Virus record (IMG/VR): IMGVR_UViG_3300013132_000023
Location: 64,001 to 128,000 of that record
Source: a virus
DNA: 64,000 bases
Strand: one strand, 5' to 3'
Below are positions 1 through 10,040 of the stretch, piece by piece; the first letter of the stretch is position 1, and each line of letters starts with the position of its first letter. The notes beneath the pieces were generated by a model. The model was given only the letters and a program-made list of their open reading frames with translations, searched no databases and was not told the origin of the DNA. A program made the translations under genes and the position numbers.

Positions 1-22
1 CGGATCGTGTAGAGAGACTTCA

Positions 23-235
23 ATGAATTATGAATATGATTTTGTAGTGTTGCCGTTAAGCAACGAACAGAAGCAAGTCGTGCAAATGGGGCTTGCAGAC
101 GTTGATCAAATACACGCTATGTTGCGTACCTTAATTAACGAACGTACTGCTGATGGATGGGAGCCTTTGTATCCGTTTTCAGTGCCAGCGGTTTGGTTTC
201 GTAGACCAAAGAAGAAAACCAGAAAAACTAGTTAA
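23..235 (+). CDS. hypothetical protein
   Basis: 70-aa ORF, co-oriented with downstream operon. Confidence 0.6.
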   Translation: MNYEYDFVVLPLSNEQKQVVQMGLADVDQIHAMLRTLINERTADGWEPLYPFSVPAVWFRRPKKKTRKTS

Positions 236-259
236 CACGATGCTTACTTCAAGTATAAT
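232..259 (+). promoter_or_regulatory. sigma70-like promoter
   Basis: TTAACA-N16-TATAAT, 12 nt before the ATG at 272. Confidence 0.5.
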
Positions 260-271
260 ACATATACACAA

Positions 272-931
272 ATGACTGACAATGAACGAGACATTGAGGA
301 GACTCTGAATACATATGCTCCTCTTGTGCGTCGCATCGCTAGATCCGCGTTTTACTCTTCTTCTGCTATTGATTTAAACGATCTCTGTCAGGTTGGTGAA
401 ATTGCCGTATTGCGTGCTATTAAGGCTTACGATCCATCTTGTGGCACCAACATAAAGTCTTTTGTAACGAGAGTAGTACGTCAAGACATATACAACGAAG
501 CCGCTCGATTTATGGGTGTTTTTACAGTTGATCATCGAGTGACAAATCTTGCAGCTAAAGTTAATCAACTACACGTTACTGGACATACCGACGAACAGAT
601 CTTAGAAACCATTAATCATTCGTCTGGGCGTGCAATAGACCTTGAGCAAGTACGTGATCTACGAATTGCTTACAATAGACGAAATGTAGTCGTGTCTGAC
701 TTTGACAATACCCTTGACGAAGAGCAGATCGAAAAACGAACTATTTATGATCTATTGAACAGTATTGTATCTAACGACATAGAGCGTGTCGTTTTAGAGC
801 GACGCATCATGGGAACGGCTGACGTGACCGCTGTAGCCGAAGCTTGCAATGTTTCGAATCGTAAGATCTATCAGATAGAGGGCGATCTTAAGGCCCGCAT
901 TAAGCATGCAATTGAGGATATGGTCGAATGA
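272..931 (+). CDS. phage sigma70-family sigma factor
   Basis: region-2 motif DLCQVGEIAVLRAIKAYDPS and C-terminal HTH (VAEACNVSNRKIYQIE). Confidence 0.8.
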   Translation: MTDNERDIEETLNTYAPLVRRIARSAFYSSSAIDLNDLCQVGEIAVLRAIKAYDPSCGTNIKSFVTRVVRQDIYNEAARFMGVFTVDHRVTNLAAKVNQLHVTGHTDEQILETINHSSGRAIDLEQVRDLRIAYNRRNVVVSDFDNTLDEEQIEKRTIYDLLNSIVSNDIERVVLERRIMGTADVTAVAEACNVSNRKIYQIEGDLKARIKHAIEDMVE

Positions 932-2733
932 AAAAGCGTATTTTGTTTGTTGGCGAAGCTAGTTTTTTGAACACTGGCTTCTCTACGTATTACCGCGAGC
1001 TTTTACCTCGTCTTGCTGCAACTGGCAAGTACGAGATTGCCGAGTTAGGATCTTACGCACATCAGAACGATCCTCGTGTCCAAGGGTTTATCAAAGGACG
1101 CTGGAAGTTCTATGCTGTAATGCCTTCTACTCAAGAAGAAGCTCAAATCTTTAATCAGCCTTGTCCACATCCGCGAACTCGCGGCCAGAACACTAACCAG
1201 TTTGGCGAGTACAAGTTTAATCATGTTGTTGCTGATTTCAAGCCCGATGTTGTAATTGATATTCGTGACTGGTGGATGCTTGAATTCCAAGAGCGTAGTG
1301 TTTTCCGTCCTTGGTATAAGTGGATTGTAATGCCAACAGTGGATGCTGAACCTCAGGCAGAAGAATGGATTCAGACGTACGAAAACGCCAATATGGTGTT
1401 GGCTTACTCTGATTATGGCGTACATACGTTACGTCGTCAGAGTCATTTGCAGCCTAATGGTCGCCGTAAGATGCGTGTGTTCCCAAACGCTATGCGTCCT
1501 GGGGTAGATTTGGATACTTTTAAGCCAATGAACAAGGAGGAAGTGCGTTCTTGGTGGAACCTAAATCGGTCTATGCCGATCATTGGTACGGTCATGCGTA
1601 ATCAGAGTCGTAAGCTCTATCCAGATTTGATCGATGGTTTCTCTCGCATGAAAGAGAAGTATAAGGGGAATGATGCGGTTGATAAGGCGGTTTTGTTGAT
1701 TCATTCGTCTTGGCCGGATAACGCTCACTCATACGATTATCCTCGTCACGTTATGCGTTTGGATTCGTACGAATGGATGGATTATCATAACAAGGGAATT
1801 CGTGGCAGTATTTTACAGACGATGTATTGTCACGCCTGTAAGGAGCCTTCTGTTACATCCGCCATGAATTTGTGGGGTAAGCCAATTACCGAAGGACGCA
1901 TTAAGCTTCCGTGTCCTCATTGCGGTAAGGTTGAAGCGTCGCCGCCGAACACAAACACTGGTTTTACACGCGAAACTTTGGCGAATTTGTACAACCTTAT
2001 GGATTTGTATGTACAGTGTTCTATCTGTGAGGGTGATGGTATGCCTATTCAGGAAGCCAAGGCGTGTGGCGTACCTACTCTGGCAACTGATTACACTGCT
2101 ATGCGTGAAAAGGGACGTTATCCTGACTACTCTCATTTTGAAGAACTAGGCATTACTGCTAAAAACTATACTTGCAATAAGGGCGGTGATGTTATTGATG
2201 TTGGTCGTTATTACTACGAACCAGAAACAAGCTGTAAACGTGCTCATCCGAGTATCGAAGATTTGGCTGACAAGATGTTTGCAATGATTAGTCGTCCAGA
2301 CTACTTGAAACAAATGTCTATCGAAGCACGCGAGTGTGCTGTTGAAAACTACGATTGGAATACTCTTTGGAAGCGATGGGAGTATGTCTTAGACAACGTT
2401 CAGACTTTTGATCGTAACACTACTTGGGATAGTCCGATTTCAGAGTACGAAGAAATTAAACCTATCGATATTCCTGCTGGACTTAATGACGAGCAGTACG
2501 TTGAATGGCTTTACCTTAACGTACTTAAGTATCCTTCGGTTGATCCGCAGGGTGCCAAGACGTGGATACAAAACCTGCAAATGGGTGTGTCGCGTCAACA
2601 GTTGATGCAACAGTTTGTTGCAATTGTAAATCAGCAAAACGATGGATCTAAGTTACGTGACACGATTCGTCGTGAAGTTCATCATTTGACTACTGGTTCT
2701 GTAGTTCGCCGTCATGGTCAGGAGTTTGTATGA
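928..2733 (+). CDS. GT4 (GT-B) glycosyltransferase with Zn-ribbon insert and DUF4214-like C-terminal domain
   Basis: N-terminal NTGFS, RNQSRK, EGDGMPIQEAKACGVP motif; CHAC...CPHC insert; YVEWLYLNVL...DPQG...W...L..GVSR tail. Confidence 0.85.
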   Translation: MKKRILFVGEASFLNTGFSTYYRELLPRLAATGKYEIAELGSYAHQNDPRVQGFIKGRWKFYAVMPSTQEEAQIFNQPCPHPRTRGQNTNQFGEYKFNHVVADFKPDVVIDIRDWWMLEFQERSVFRPWYKWIVMPTVDAEPQAEEWIQTYENANMVLAYSDYGVHTLRRQSHLQPNGRRKMRVFPNAMRPGVDLDTFKPMNKEEVRSWWNLNRSMPIIGTVMRNQSRKLYPDLIDGFSRMKEKYKGNDAVDKAVLLIHSSWPDNAHSYDYPRHVMRLDSYEWMDYHNKGIRGSILQTMYCHACKEPSVTSAMNLWGKPITEGRIKLPCPHCGKVEASPPNTNTGFTRETLANLYNLMDLYVQCSICEGDGMPIQEAKACGVPTLATDYTAMREKGRYPDYSHFEELGITAKNYTCNKGGDVIDVGRYYYEPETSCKRAHPSIEDLADKMFAMISRPDYLKQMSIEARECAVENYDWNTLWKRWEYVLDNVQTFDRNTTWDSPISEYEEIKPIDIPAGLNDEQYVEWLYLNVLKYPSVDPQGAKTWIQNLQMGVSRQQLMQQFVAIVNQQNDGSKLRDTIRREVHHLTTGSVVRRHGQEFV

Positions 2734-3980
2734 GAGTATTGTTTACTGGTCCCTTGCTAGACTTCTCTGGTTTTGCTCATGTGTCGCGTAATTTCTTACG
2801 CATGTTGACTGCGAGCGATAGACTAGATGTTATTGCTCGTCCTCTTAAGTACGACCAGCTTGATACGGGGCAAGATTTTATTGCACCGGAATGGATGGCG
2901 TCATTGCTAACCAAGCCACTTTCTGGAATTGAAATGGTCATTCAAATGACGACATGTAATACCGAGGCCGTACCAGTGCCCGGTGTTGTTAATGGCCTCT
3001 ATACGTTCTTTGAGACCAATCGTTTACAGCCAGCTTGGGCAAGTAAAGCAAACGAGTTTGACTTTTTGATGGTGCCCTCGCGTGCTAACGCGGAAACTTT
3101 GGTAAAATCTGGTGTTCAAAAGCCAGTTCTAGTTGTTGCTCCACCTTGTGACGTGGATGAGTATAATCATTCTTACTCGCCATTCCGTATTGAAAACATT
3201 GGTAATCGTACTGTGTTTTACAACATTTGTCAGCTTAGCACCAAGAAGGGAATTGATACGCTGTTGCGTGCGTATTACGCGGCCTTTGCTGCCGTTCCTG
3301 ACGAAGTGTTACTTGTGTTGAAGACATACGTAAACATGAGTGGTCGTCAGAATGATCTTGATATAGTCAAGCAATACATCAATACCGTAAAAACTCGTTG
3401 TCGTATTCCGACGCAAAATCTTCCTCCGGTACTACCTATCGTGTATACCATGAACGATAATGAAATTCATGGACTACACGAACGTGGTGATGCTTATGTT
3501 TGTGCTAGTCGTGCCGAAGGATGGGGCGTTCCGGTGTTTGATGCTTTAGCACACGGCAAGACGGTTATTTCGCCATTACATGGTGGCTTGGCTGACTTTG
3601 TAAAACGCGAGAATGCATTAGTAGTTGGCAGCATGCCGACGTTTTTCTACGATACACCGCATCCAGATCCGGGACTGTTTACTGGTGTTGAACAATGTTT
3701 TGAAGTTGCTCCCGTTGAATTAGCACTAACAATGCAACATTTCCATTTGTTGAAGCGTGGTGCTGACGCAGGTACTCTTGACGAAAAGAACGCTGGCGAA
3801 TGGCAGTCCGTGTTGCTCAGACGCGAAAACGCTAAGACGATTGGCGTGCGATTGGATTACCGTGTTGTACACGAACCAGTAGTTGATCAGTTATTGGCTG
3901 TTCTTGAATCTTGGAAAACAACTGGCGTCGCACGCTTCTCGCAGCCTAGTGTTAAGCCGTCTCTTGAGGAATCACTATGA
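2730..3980 (+). CDS. GT4 glycosyltransferase
   Basis: KKGIDTLL and SRAEGWGVPVFDALAHG motifs. Confidence 0.85.
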   Translation: MRVLFTGPLLDFSGFAHVSRNFLRMLTASDRLDVIARPLKYDQLDTGQDFIAPEWMASLLTKPLSGIEMVIQMTTCNTEAVPVPGVVNGLYTFFETNRLQPAWASKANEFDFLMVPSRANAETLVKSGVQKPVLVVAPPCDVDEYNHSYSPFRIENIGNRTVFYNICQLSTKKGIDTLLRAYYAAFAAVPDEVLLVLKTYVNMSGRQNDLDIVKQYINTVKTRCRIPTQNLPPVLPIVYTMNDNEIHGLHERGDAYVCASRAEGWGVPVFDALAHGKTVISPLHGGLADFVKRENALVVGSMPTFFYDTPHPDPGLFTGVEQCFEVAPVELALTMQHFHLLKRGADAGTLDEKNAGEWQSVLLRRENAKTIGVRLDYRVVHEPVVDQLLAVLESWKTTGVARFSQPSVKPSLEESL

Positions 3981-4981
3981 ATCAACCTATGATCTATGTA
4001 CCGCAGATGGCTTCTATTGCCGAGCGTGTAAACAGGCCAGTTCGTATTGTTCAGTGTATTCAAATGCACAACGAAGAAGAGTTTGCACCATTAGTGCTTT
4101 CTTCTATTTATGACGAAGTTGATCGAATCATTGTCATTGAGGGTGCCGTTGCCAATCGTCCAAACGCAACTCCGGACGGACATTCAACGGATCGTACGAT
4201 TGAAATTCTTGCAGATTTCAAGAAGAACAAAGATCCCAAGAACAAGCTCGTGATTGTTTCAATCAAGAAGCCCTGGAAGAACCTAGAAGAAATGAAGCAA
4301 ACCTTCTTGGACCTTTCTGTTCCTGGAGACTGGATTTTGATTAATGACGCAGACGAGTTTTATCGTCCGGAAGACATTAGACGTTTGCGTGTTGCCATTG
4401 ATCGTAATCCTCATGCCTGTGAGTTTGTACCAAACTTCCTACATTTTTACAGAGATCTAGATCATATTGCTGTCCCTGGCCCAGAATGGCAGCCTCAGCA
4501 TCAACGGGTCTTTAAGTACATGCGAGGAATGAAGTACAATAGTCATCCAGTTGTTACTGATCCTGCTGGACATTGTACGTATTTTTCTCCGCACTATCAG
4601 CATCGTCGAGTAATGTTAAATGACTTTTTTATTTACCATTACGGTTACGCTCGTCGTAACATGAACGACATTATGCATCAGAAGCAAGCTTACTACAAAA
4701 AGGAACTTGCTCAGCACGGTGGAGCGGATAAGAAGTTTGATCAAAAGATACACGATTGGTTCAATGGTACCGAGCCGGTACTCTTCTACGATGGTGAACA
4801 TCCGGCTATCATTGGACACAAGTCTGTCGTTGCTCAACACTACGACCGTCCAAAGAATTGGCGTGACGATCCTTTCTATAAAAAGGTATTGGCTAACGAA
4901 CCATATGGCAATATTTGGTTATGCATGACTCTTCAATCACAGCCTCACATGCATCATTACCATAATGGTATGGTGGTGTGA
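3977..4981 (+). CDS. GT2-like (GT-A) glycosyltransferase
   Basis: MHNEEEF, STDRT, DADEF (DxD), HYGY motifs. Confidence 0.8.
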   Translation: MNQPMIYVPQMASIAERVNRPVRIVQCIQMHNEEEFAPLVLSSIYDEVDRIIVIEGAVANRPNATPDGHSTDRTIEILADFKKNKDPKNKLVIVSIKKPWKNLEEMKQTFLDLSVPGDWILINDADEFYRPEDIRRLRVAIDRNPHACEFVPNFLHFYRDLDHIAVPGPEWQPQHQRVFKYMRGMKYNSHPVVTDPAGHCTYFSPHYQHRRVMLNDFFIYHYGYARRNMNDIMHQKQAYYKKELAQHGGADKKFDQKIHDWFNGTEPVLFYDGEHPAIIGHKSVVAQHYDRPKNWRDDPFYKKVLANEPYGNIWLCMTLQSQPHMHHYHNGMVV

Positions 4982-5823
4982 TTATGCCCAAGCTTTCTTA
5001 TCTCGTATCAACATATGATTCCGGAGCTTTCTTAGATGCTCATTTTGCCGATCTAATTGAGCGTCAAACAAACCCCGATTTCGAGATTGTAGTAGTTAAT
5101 CCAGATTCTCCTGGTACAGATAACTTTATCGCTCAGAAATGGGCAGCTATTGATCCTCGTGTAAAGTACATCTACTACCATAAGCGTGAACCGTACGGAG
5201 CTTCCTGGCTCCGTGCATGGAAAAATGCTAGCGGTGAATTTGTCATGAATTCTAACACTGACGACTTTCATGAGCCACAGACTACAGAGACGGTCTATAA
5301 GCACATGAAACTAGCGATTGGGGTAATGAATACAGGCAAGAAGATTGGTTTTGGGTACGGCGGCATGACCGTTATCAAGCCAGGGGGACAAATAGTTGGA
5401 CGTGGATTAAAGCCAAAGTTTGATTTCGAGCTTATGTCTCGTGAATGCTGGGCTGGTCCTCAGGTTATTTGGAGAAACGACGACGCTTTCAAAAACGAAC
5501 TCGACTGGTCGCTCATGGAAAAAAGAGCCGCCGAGTACACTTCTGCCTACGATTACTGGCTTTGGCTTTACTTTATGAGCTTAGGATATCATGGGTACGT
5601 CATTCCTGAGTTGCTTACGGTTTATACTCAAAGACCAGACTCAATTGAGAACAGCAACAAGTGGCGAAATAATTGGGAGACTTATGCTGCCATTAGCGAG
5701 TTCTTCGGTCATAACTTTGATGGTCACTTAAAGCACGCTAAGGAGTTTCGAGACTTCTCGTCGTTGCCTCCAAAGGACGAATGGGTAGAACAAATGAAGA
5801 CGGGGAAGCAATGGAAGGCTTGA
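4978..5823 (+). CDS. GT2 glycosyltransferase
   Basis: LSYLVSTYD, FEIVVVN, NTDD, YDYWLWL motifs. Confidence 0.8.
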   Translation: MIMPKLSYLVSTYDSGAFLDAHFADLIERQTNPDFEIVVVNPDSPGTDNFIAQKWAAIDPRVKYIYYHKREPYGASWLRAWKNASGEFVMNSNTDDFHEPQTTETVYKHMKLAIGVMNTGKKIGFGYGGMTVIKPGGQIVGRGLKPKFDFELMSRECWAGPQVIWRNDDAFKNELDWSLMEKRAAEYTSAYDYWLWLYFMSLGYHGYVIPELLTVYTQRPDSIENSNKWRNNWETYAAISEFFGHNFDGHLKHAKEFRDFSSLPPKDEWVEQMKTGKQWKA

Positions 5824-6944
5824 ACACAATTAGAGTTCTTCACTACCTCCCGAACTTGGGACTTGGTGGTACCGAGAAGACCTGTCAGTTGTTTTTTGAA
5901 CACACTGGTAAAGACTTTGAGGTTGCCGTAGCCTATGAGACCAGTGGAGATTTGCGACGTTTGCCTGAATTCGAAAGAGTAGCTCGCGAACGCAAGAAGA
6001 AGTTGTATGCGATTGACTCGTATAGAGACTATTGTCCTGGAGTTAACAAACGCGTACCCGATCCTCTTGATCTTCAACGTCTCATTGATGATTTTAAGCC
6101 AGACATTTTACATGTATACCGTAGTGGCTATTCGGAATTTCCTGAGCCCGCTTTTCATGTATCAGTTCCACATACAGTTGAGACTAACGTCTTTGGTTTT
6201 TTGGATCAGAACTTTGCCATTAAGCGTACGCTATTTATGAGCAAGTGGCTGATGGAATATGCCTTGTCTAGAATTGCTCCTATTAGTCGTGGCTATGTTT
6301 TTAGGTCCAAGCGTTTTGATTTTGTGAACAATCCAGTTGAAGAGCCTTGCACGTTAGCACGTATGCATTTGGACGACAAGGCTATTTGGGTTGGTAGATG
6401 TGGGCGTCCCGACAACGGCATCTACAATGCGGTTAACGTAGAGGCCGTGCGTTTGCTTCGTATGCAGGGATATGACGTGCGATTTTTAGTAGTTGCCCCT
6501 CCAAGCAACATGGTAGCTGATTTGACTAGGTACGACATTCCCTTTAAAGTCATTGAGCCTACGGTTGATCCATTATTGCTTAGTATGTTTTACAACAGTA
6601 TCGACATTTATGCTCACGCTAGAGCAGATGGCGAAACTTTTGGCGTTAATATTGCCGAAGCCATGATGCACGGTAAGCCTGTTGTTACTCATGTTGCGGT
6701 TCCGTCTTTTTCTGGAATGGGAGTGTTTCAGTCGCAGCTTGAATTAGTAGACAATGGTGTAACTGGTTTTACTCGTAACAATGATCCCGTTGATTACATG
6801 AATGCTTTAAAAATACTGATTGACGATAAGGCATTACGAGATTCTATGGGAGTTCGTGGACGCGAAAAGGCACTTCGTGAGTATCATGTTGGTGTTTGTG
6901 TAAAGAAGCTAGAGAACATCTATCGAGAGGTTGTTCATGAATAA
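5811..6944 (+). CDS. GT4 glycosyltransferase
   Basis: LGGTEK, GRPD, GETFGVNIAEAMMHGKPVV; start moved to ATG 5811. Confidence 0.85.
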   Translation: MEGLNTIRVLHYLPNLGLGGTEKTCQLFFEHTGKDFEVAVAYETSGDLRRLPEFERVARERKKKLYAIDSYRDYCPGVNKRVPDPLDLQRLIDDFKPDILHVYRSGYSEFPEPAFHVSVPHTVETNVFGFLDQNFAIKRTLFMSKWLMEYALSRIAPISRGYVFRSKRFDFVNNPVEEPCTLARMHLDDKAIWVGRCGRPDNGIYNAVNVEAVRLLRMQGYDVRFLVVAPPSNMVADLTRYDIPFKVIEPTVDPLLLSMFYNSIDIYAHARADGETFGVNIAEAMMHGKPVVTHVAVPSFSGMGVFQSQLELVDNGVTGFTRNNDPVDYMNALKILIDDKALRDSMGVRGREKALREYHVGVCVKKLENIYREVVHE

Positions 6945-8085
6945 GATTAGAGTCGTACATCATAGTAAGACTGTTGGTTACAGTGGTACTGATCGTACTG
7001 CTCAGCTTTTTTGTAAGTATCTATCGCGTAGCGAGAAGTATGAACCCTTTTTAATTTACAGACTTGACGACGCAGCTAATACTCGTCTAGATATCGCTCG
7101 TCAATGGCTGGGTGAGGATCACGTTATTGACTATAAATGGAATCCGGGAAAGACTGGTCGTCAGTCTCCTTTTATGCCCGAACACGACAACATGTATGAA
7201 GTGCTATCTGAGATCAATCCTCAGATTGTTCATCTGCATCGTAGTGGTTACGCCGAGTGGCCTGGGTTTCGTTATTTAGCTCCTAGAGCAAAGTGGGTTG
7301 AGACGAACATTTTTGGTTATAGAGACAACACTCCAGAGCGACAGATTGATTTGAATATTTACATTTCTGAATACATTCGTCAACGTGCTCTTGATGCCGG
7401 TGGTCACGATGGTCCAGTTCTTTACAATCCGGTTGAGCAGCCAGCTTTTGACATTACGCTTGCTAACAAGGAAGCTGCTCGTGAATCACTCTTGTCGATG
7501 TACAAGATTCCTCATAATGCCGTTTTGCTTGGTCGCGTTGGCCGTCCCGATAACTTTGATCCTATTTCGTTGCGTGCTTTTGCTGTACTTGAAAAGATAT
7601 GTCCTGAGGCGTGGTATGTCGTAATTAACCCTTGTGAGGGTTGGTATCAAGAAGCTAGTAGACTTGGTATTAAGAACATTCGGTTTGGCGGTCCTATTAT
7701 AGATGATCGTCAGTTGTCGGAATTCTATTATGGCCTTGACATTTATGCCCATGCACGTCATGATGGAGAGTGTTGTCCTTGTAACATTCAAGAGGCAATG
7801 ATGCATGGTCTTCCAGTTGTGTCACACGAGAGCGGCATTTACAACGGTCAATCCGAAATCATTGGAGACGCTGGTTTCGTAGTTCCTATTGGAGATCATG
7901 AAGCATATCGTGACGTTCTAGTTAACCTCGTTAACGATCCAGAAATGGCGACCGAAGACGAGAAGGGACGTGTACGGCTACGCGATTACTTTGGACGTGC
8001 CGCTCGTCGTCGTGCTATGCGATATTTTGAAGCTGAAACGATTACTAAGCAATTAGAACAATTCTATGACATGGTATTAAAATGA
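6937..8085 (+). CDS. GT4 glycosyltransferase (paralog of upstream gene)
   Basis: shares H.H/YRSGY.E, VETN.FG, GR.GRPD, DIYAHAR.DGE, EAMMHG with 5811..6944. Confidence 0.85.
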   Translation: MNKIRVVHHSKTVGYSGTDRTAQLFCKYLSRSEKYEPFLIYRLDDAANTRLDIARQWLGEDHVIDYKWNPGKTGRQSPFMPEHDNMYEVLSEINPQIVHLHRSGYAEWPGFRYLAPRAKWVETNIFGYRDNTPERQIDLNIYISEYIRQRALDAGGHDGPVLYNPVEQPAFDITLANKEAARESLLSMYKIPHNAVLLGRVGRPDNFDPISLRAFAVLEKICPEAWYVVINPCEGWYQEASRLGIKNIRFGGPIIDDRQLSEFYYGLDIYAHARHDGECCPCNIQEAMMHGLPVVSHESGIYNGQSEIIGDAGFVVPIGDHEAYRDVLVNLVNDPEMATEDEKGRVRLRDYFGRAARRRAMRYFEAETITKQLEQFYDMVLK

Positions 8086-8330
8086 AACTGAATACTATTG
8101 TATTAAATAACTGGGAAAAGAATATTGACCTTGCTTTAAAAACGGGTAAGGGGCGTTTTGGTGGTTGTACTTTTGTATGTGATATTTTTGCTTATAAGAA
8201 GATTATTGACATGATTAGAAAAGGTCAATATAAGAAAGCTTATAATTTTGCATATGATCTAGATACACATGCCAGAGAACAGATTCCTATGACTATTTGG
8301 TCTTTTTTGGACACCCATGAAGATAATTAG
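8082..8330 (+). CDS. hypothetical protein
   Basis: 82-aa AT-rich ORF overlapping both neighbours. Confidence 0.55.
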   Translation: MKLNTIVLNNWEKNIDLALKTGKGRFGGCTFVCDIFAYKKIIDMIRKGQYKKAYNFAYDLDTHAREQIPMTIWSFLDTHEDN

Positions 8331-9003
8331 TTTTTCGCTTTGGGGAAATGATCCTAAGTATTGCATTGGAGCTTTGCGTAATGCGGAGTTAGCTCAACGT
8401 ATTTATCCAGATTGGATTTGTCGGTTTCATGTTGCTAATACGACAGTAAATTTTCCCTCTGTTGTATTTCAATTATCAGACATGCCAAACGTCGAAATTG
8501 TTAAACTTGACAATTATCGTGCTAATTGGGGTTTGATGTTGGCTCGTTTAGAACCAGCTAGGGATGATAATGTTGAAGTCATGATCAGTAGAGATTGTGA
8601 TTCTCGTTTATCTCAAAGAGAAAAATTAGCCGTGGACGAATGGCTTGCAAGTGATAAGTTATTTCATACTATGCACGATCATCCATTTCATTCTGTACCT
8701 ATTTTAGGCGGCATGTTTGGTTTAAAGTGTCGTAATATTCCTGCTATTGAATTTCCGCATCAAGCCCACGAGTGGTTTATTCAACACGAAGAAAGATGGC
8801 AAGTAGATCAAGATTTTTTAACCCAAAAAGTTTGGTCTATCGTAAAAGATTCTTGCATGAATCATGACGATTTTTATCGTCACATTTGGGGCGGTAAGCC
8901 ATTTCCTAGTCCACGTAACGGACTAGAGTTTGTTGGTCAGGTCTTTGATGAAAACGAAAACACTGTTGCAGAACACCTAACAGCATTAGCAAAAGCATTA
9001 TGA
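8317..9003 (+). CDS. putative GT-A fold glycosyltransferase-like protein
   Basis: IISFSLWG..Y..GA.RN start, SRDCDSR (DxD), ILGGMFG, DQDFL. Confidence 0.6.
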   Translation: MKIISFSLWGNDPKYCIGALRNAELAQRIYPDWICRFHVANTTVNFPSVVFQLSDMPNVEIVKLDNYRANWGLMLARLEPARDDNVEVMISRDCDSRLSQREKLAVDEWLASDKLFHTMHDHPFHSVPILGGMFGLKCRNIPAIEFPHQAHEWFIQHEERWQVDQDFLTQKVWSIVKDSCMNHDDFYRHIWGGKPFPSPRNGLEFVGQVFDENENTVAEHLTALAKAL

Positions 9004-10040
9004 AAGCATTGTCATTTGATGATATCTCACTTGTGCCGCGATACAACAATATCGCGTCCCGTAAGGACGTTGACACTAGTATTCAGTTTGGTCCATCGAA
9101 GTTGCGTATTCCTGTTTTGTCTTCAAACATGGATACTGTGACTGGAGCCGTAATGGCCAAAAAGATGTACGAACTTGGCGGTATTGGTTTTCTTCATAGG
9201 TTTTGTACCATTGAACATAATGTTGAAATGTATCTTGCTAGTACGACACCGTTTGCTTCGGACACGGTTCGTCGTGCTGTAGTGTCTCTTGGTGTTAATG
9301 AGGGTTTGAATCGATTTAAGGCTTTATATAGAGTTGGTGCTCGTTATTTTTGTATCGATATTGCACATGGTCATTCTCAAGCTGTAGGCGATACAATTAA
9401 AGCTATTAAGGAATTTTACGGTGATGCTTATGTAATCGCTGGAAATGTTTGTACAGTTGATGGAGCACTATTTTTGACTGAATGTGGAGCAGATGCTATT
9501 AAGGTTGGCATTGGTCCAGGGAGCGTTTGTACTACTCGTCTTAAGACTGGCTTTGGTGTTCCTCAATTTACTGCTATTAGAGAATGTCGAAATGTCGGTG
9601 CGTTTATTATTGCCGATGGTGGTATTCGTACGCCGGGCGACGCTGTAAAGGCTTTTGTAGCTGGGGCTGATGCTGTTATGTTGGGTGGCATGTTGTCTGG
9701 TACCGACGAAACCCCTGGTGAACTAGTCCAAGATCGTAAGCTAGACGGAACACCCATCGCTAGTTATCATAAGTCATTTCGAGGAATGGCATCAAAAGAA
9801 GCTCAAGAAGATTACATGGGTTTCATGAACGACTGGAAGACAGCCGAAGGTATCGAAATTAAGGTCAAGGCTAAGGGGCCAGTAGAAAATGTATTGGCTG
9901 ACTTAATGGGTGGCATTCGTTCTGGTATGACATATTGTGGTGCAAACAACCTACGTCAACTGCGTGAACGTGCTGATTGGGTTGAAATCACGGCGTTTGG
10001 TCGTGCAGAAGGATTGCCACATGGAGAAGGAAGACTATGA
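9000..10040 (+). CDS. guaB: IMP dehydrogenase/GMP reductase family protein (no CBS domains)
   Basis: SNMDTV, DIAHGH, catalytic [23 protein letters not shown]. Confidence 0.85.
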   Translation: MKALSFDDISLVPRYNNIASRKDVDTSIQFGPSKLRIPVLSSNMDTVTGAVMAKKMYELGGIGFLHRFCTIEHNVEMYLASTTPFASDTVRRAVVSLGVNEGLNRFKALYRVGARYFCIDIAHGHSQAVGDTIKAIKEFYGDAYVIAGNVCTVDGALFLTECGADAIKVGIGPGSVCTTRLKTGFGVPQFTAIRECRNVGAFIIADGGIRTPGDAVKAFVAGADAVMLGGMLSGTDETPGELVQDRKLDGTPIASYHKSFRGMASKEAQEDYMGFMNDWKTAEGIEIKVKAKGPVENVLADLMGGIRSGMTYCGANNLRQLRERADWVEITAFGRAEGLPHGEGRL

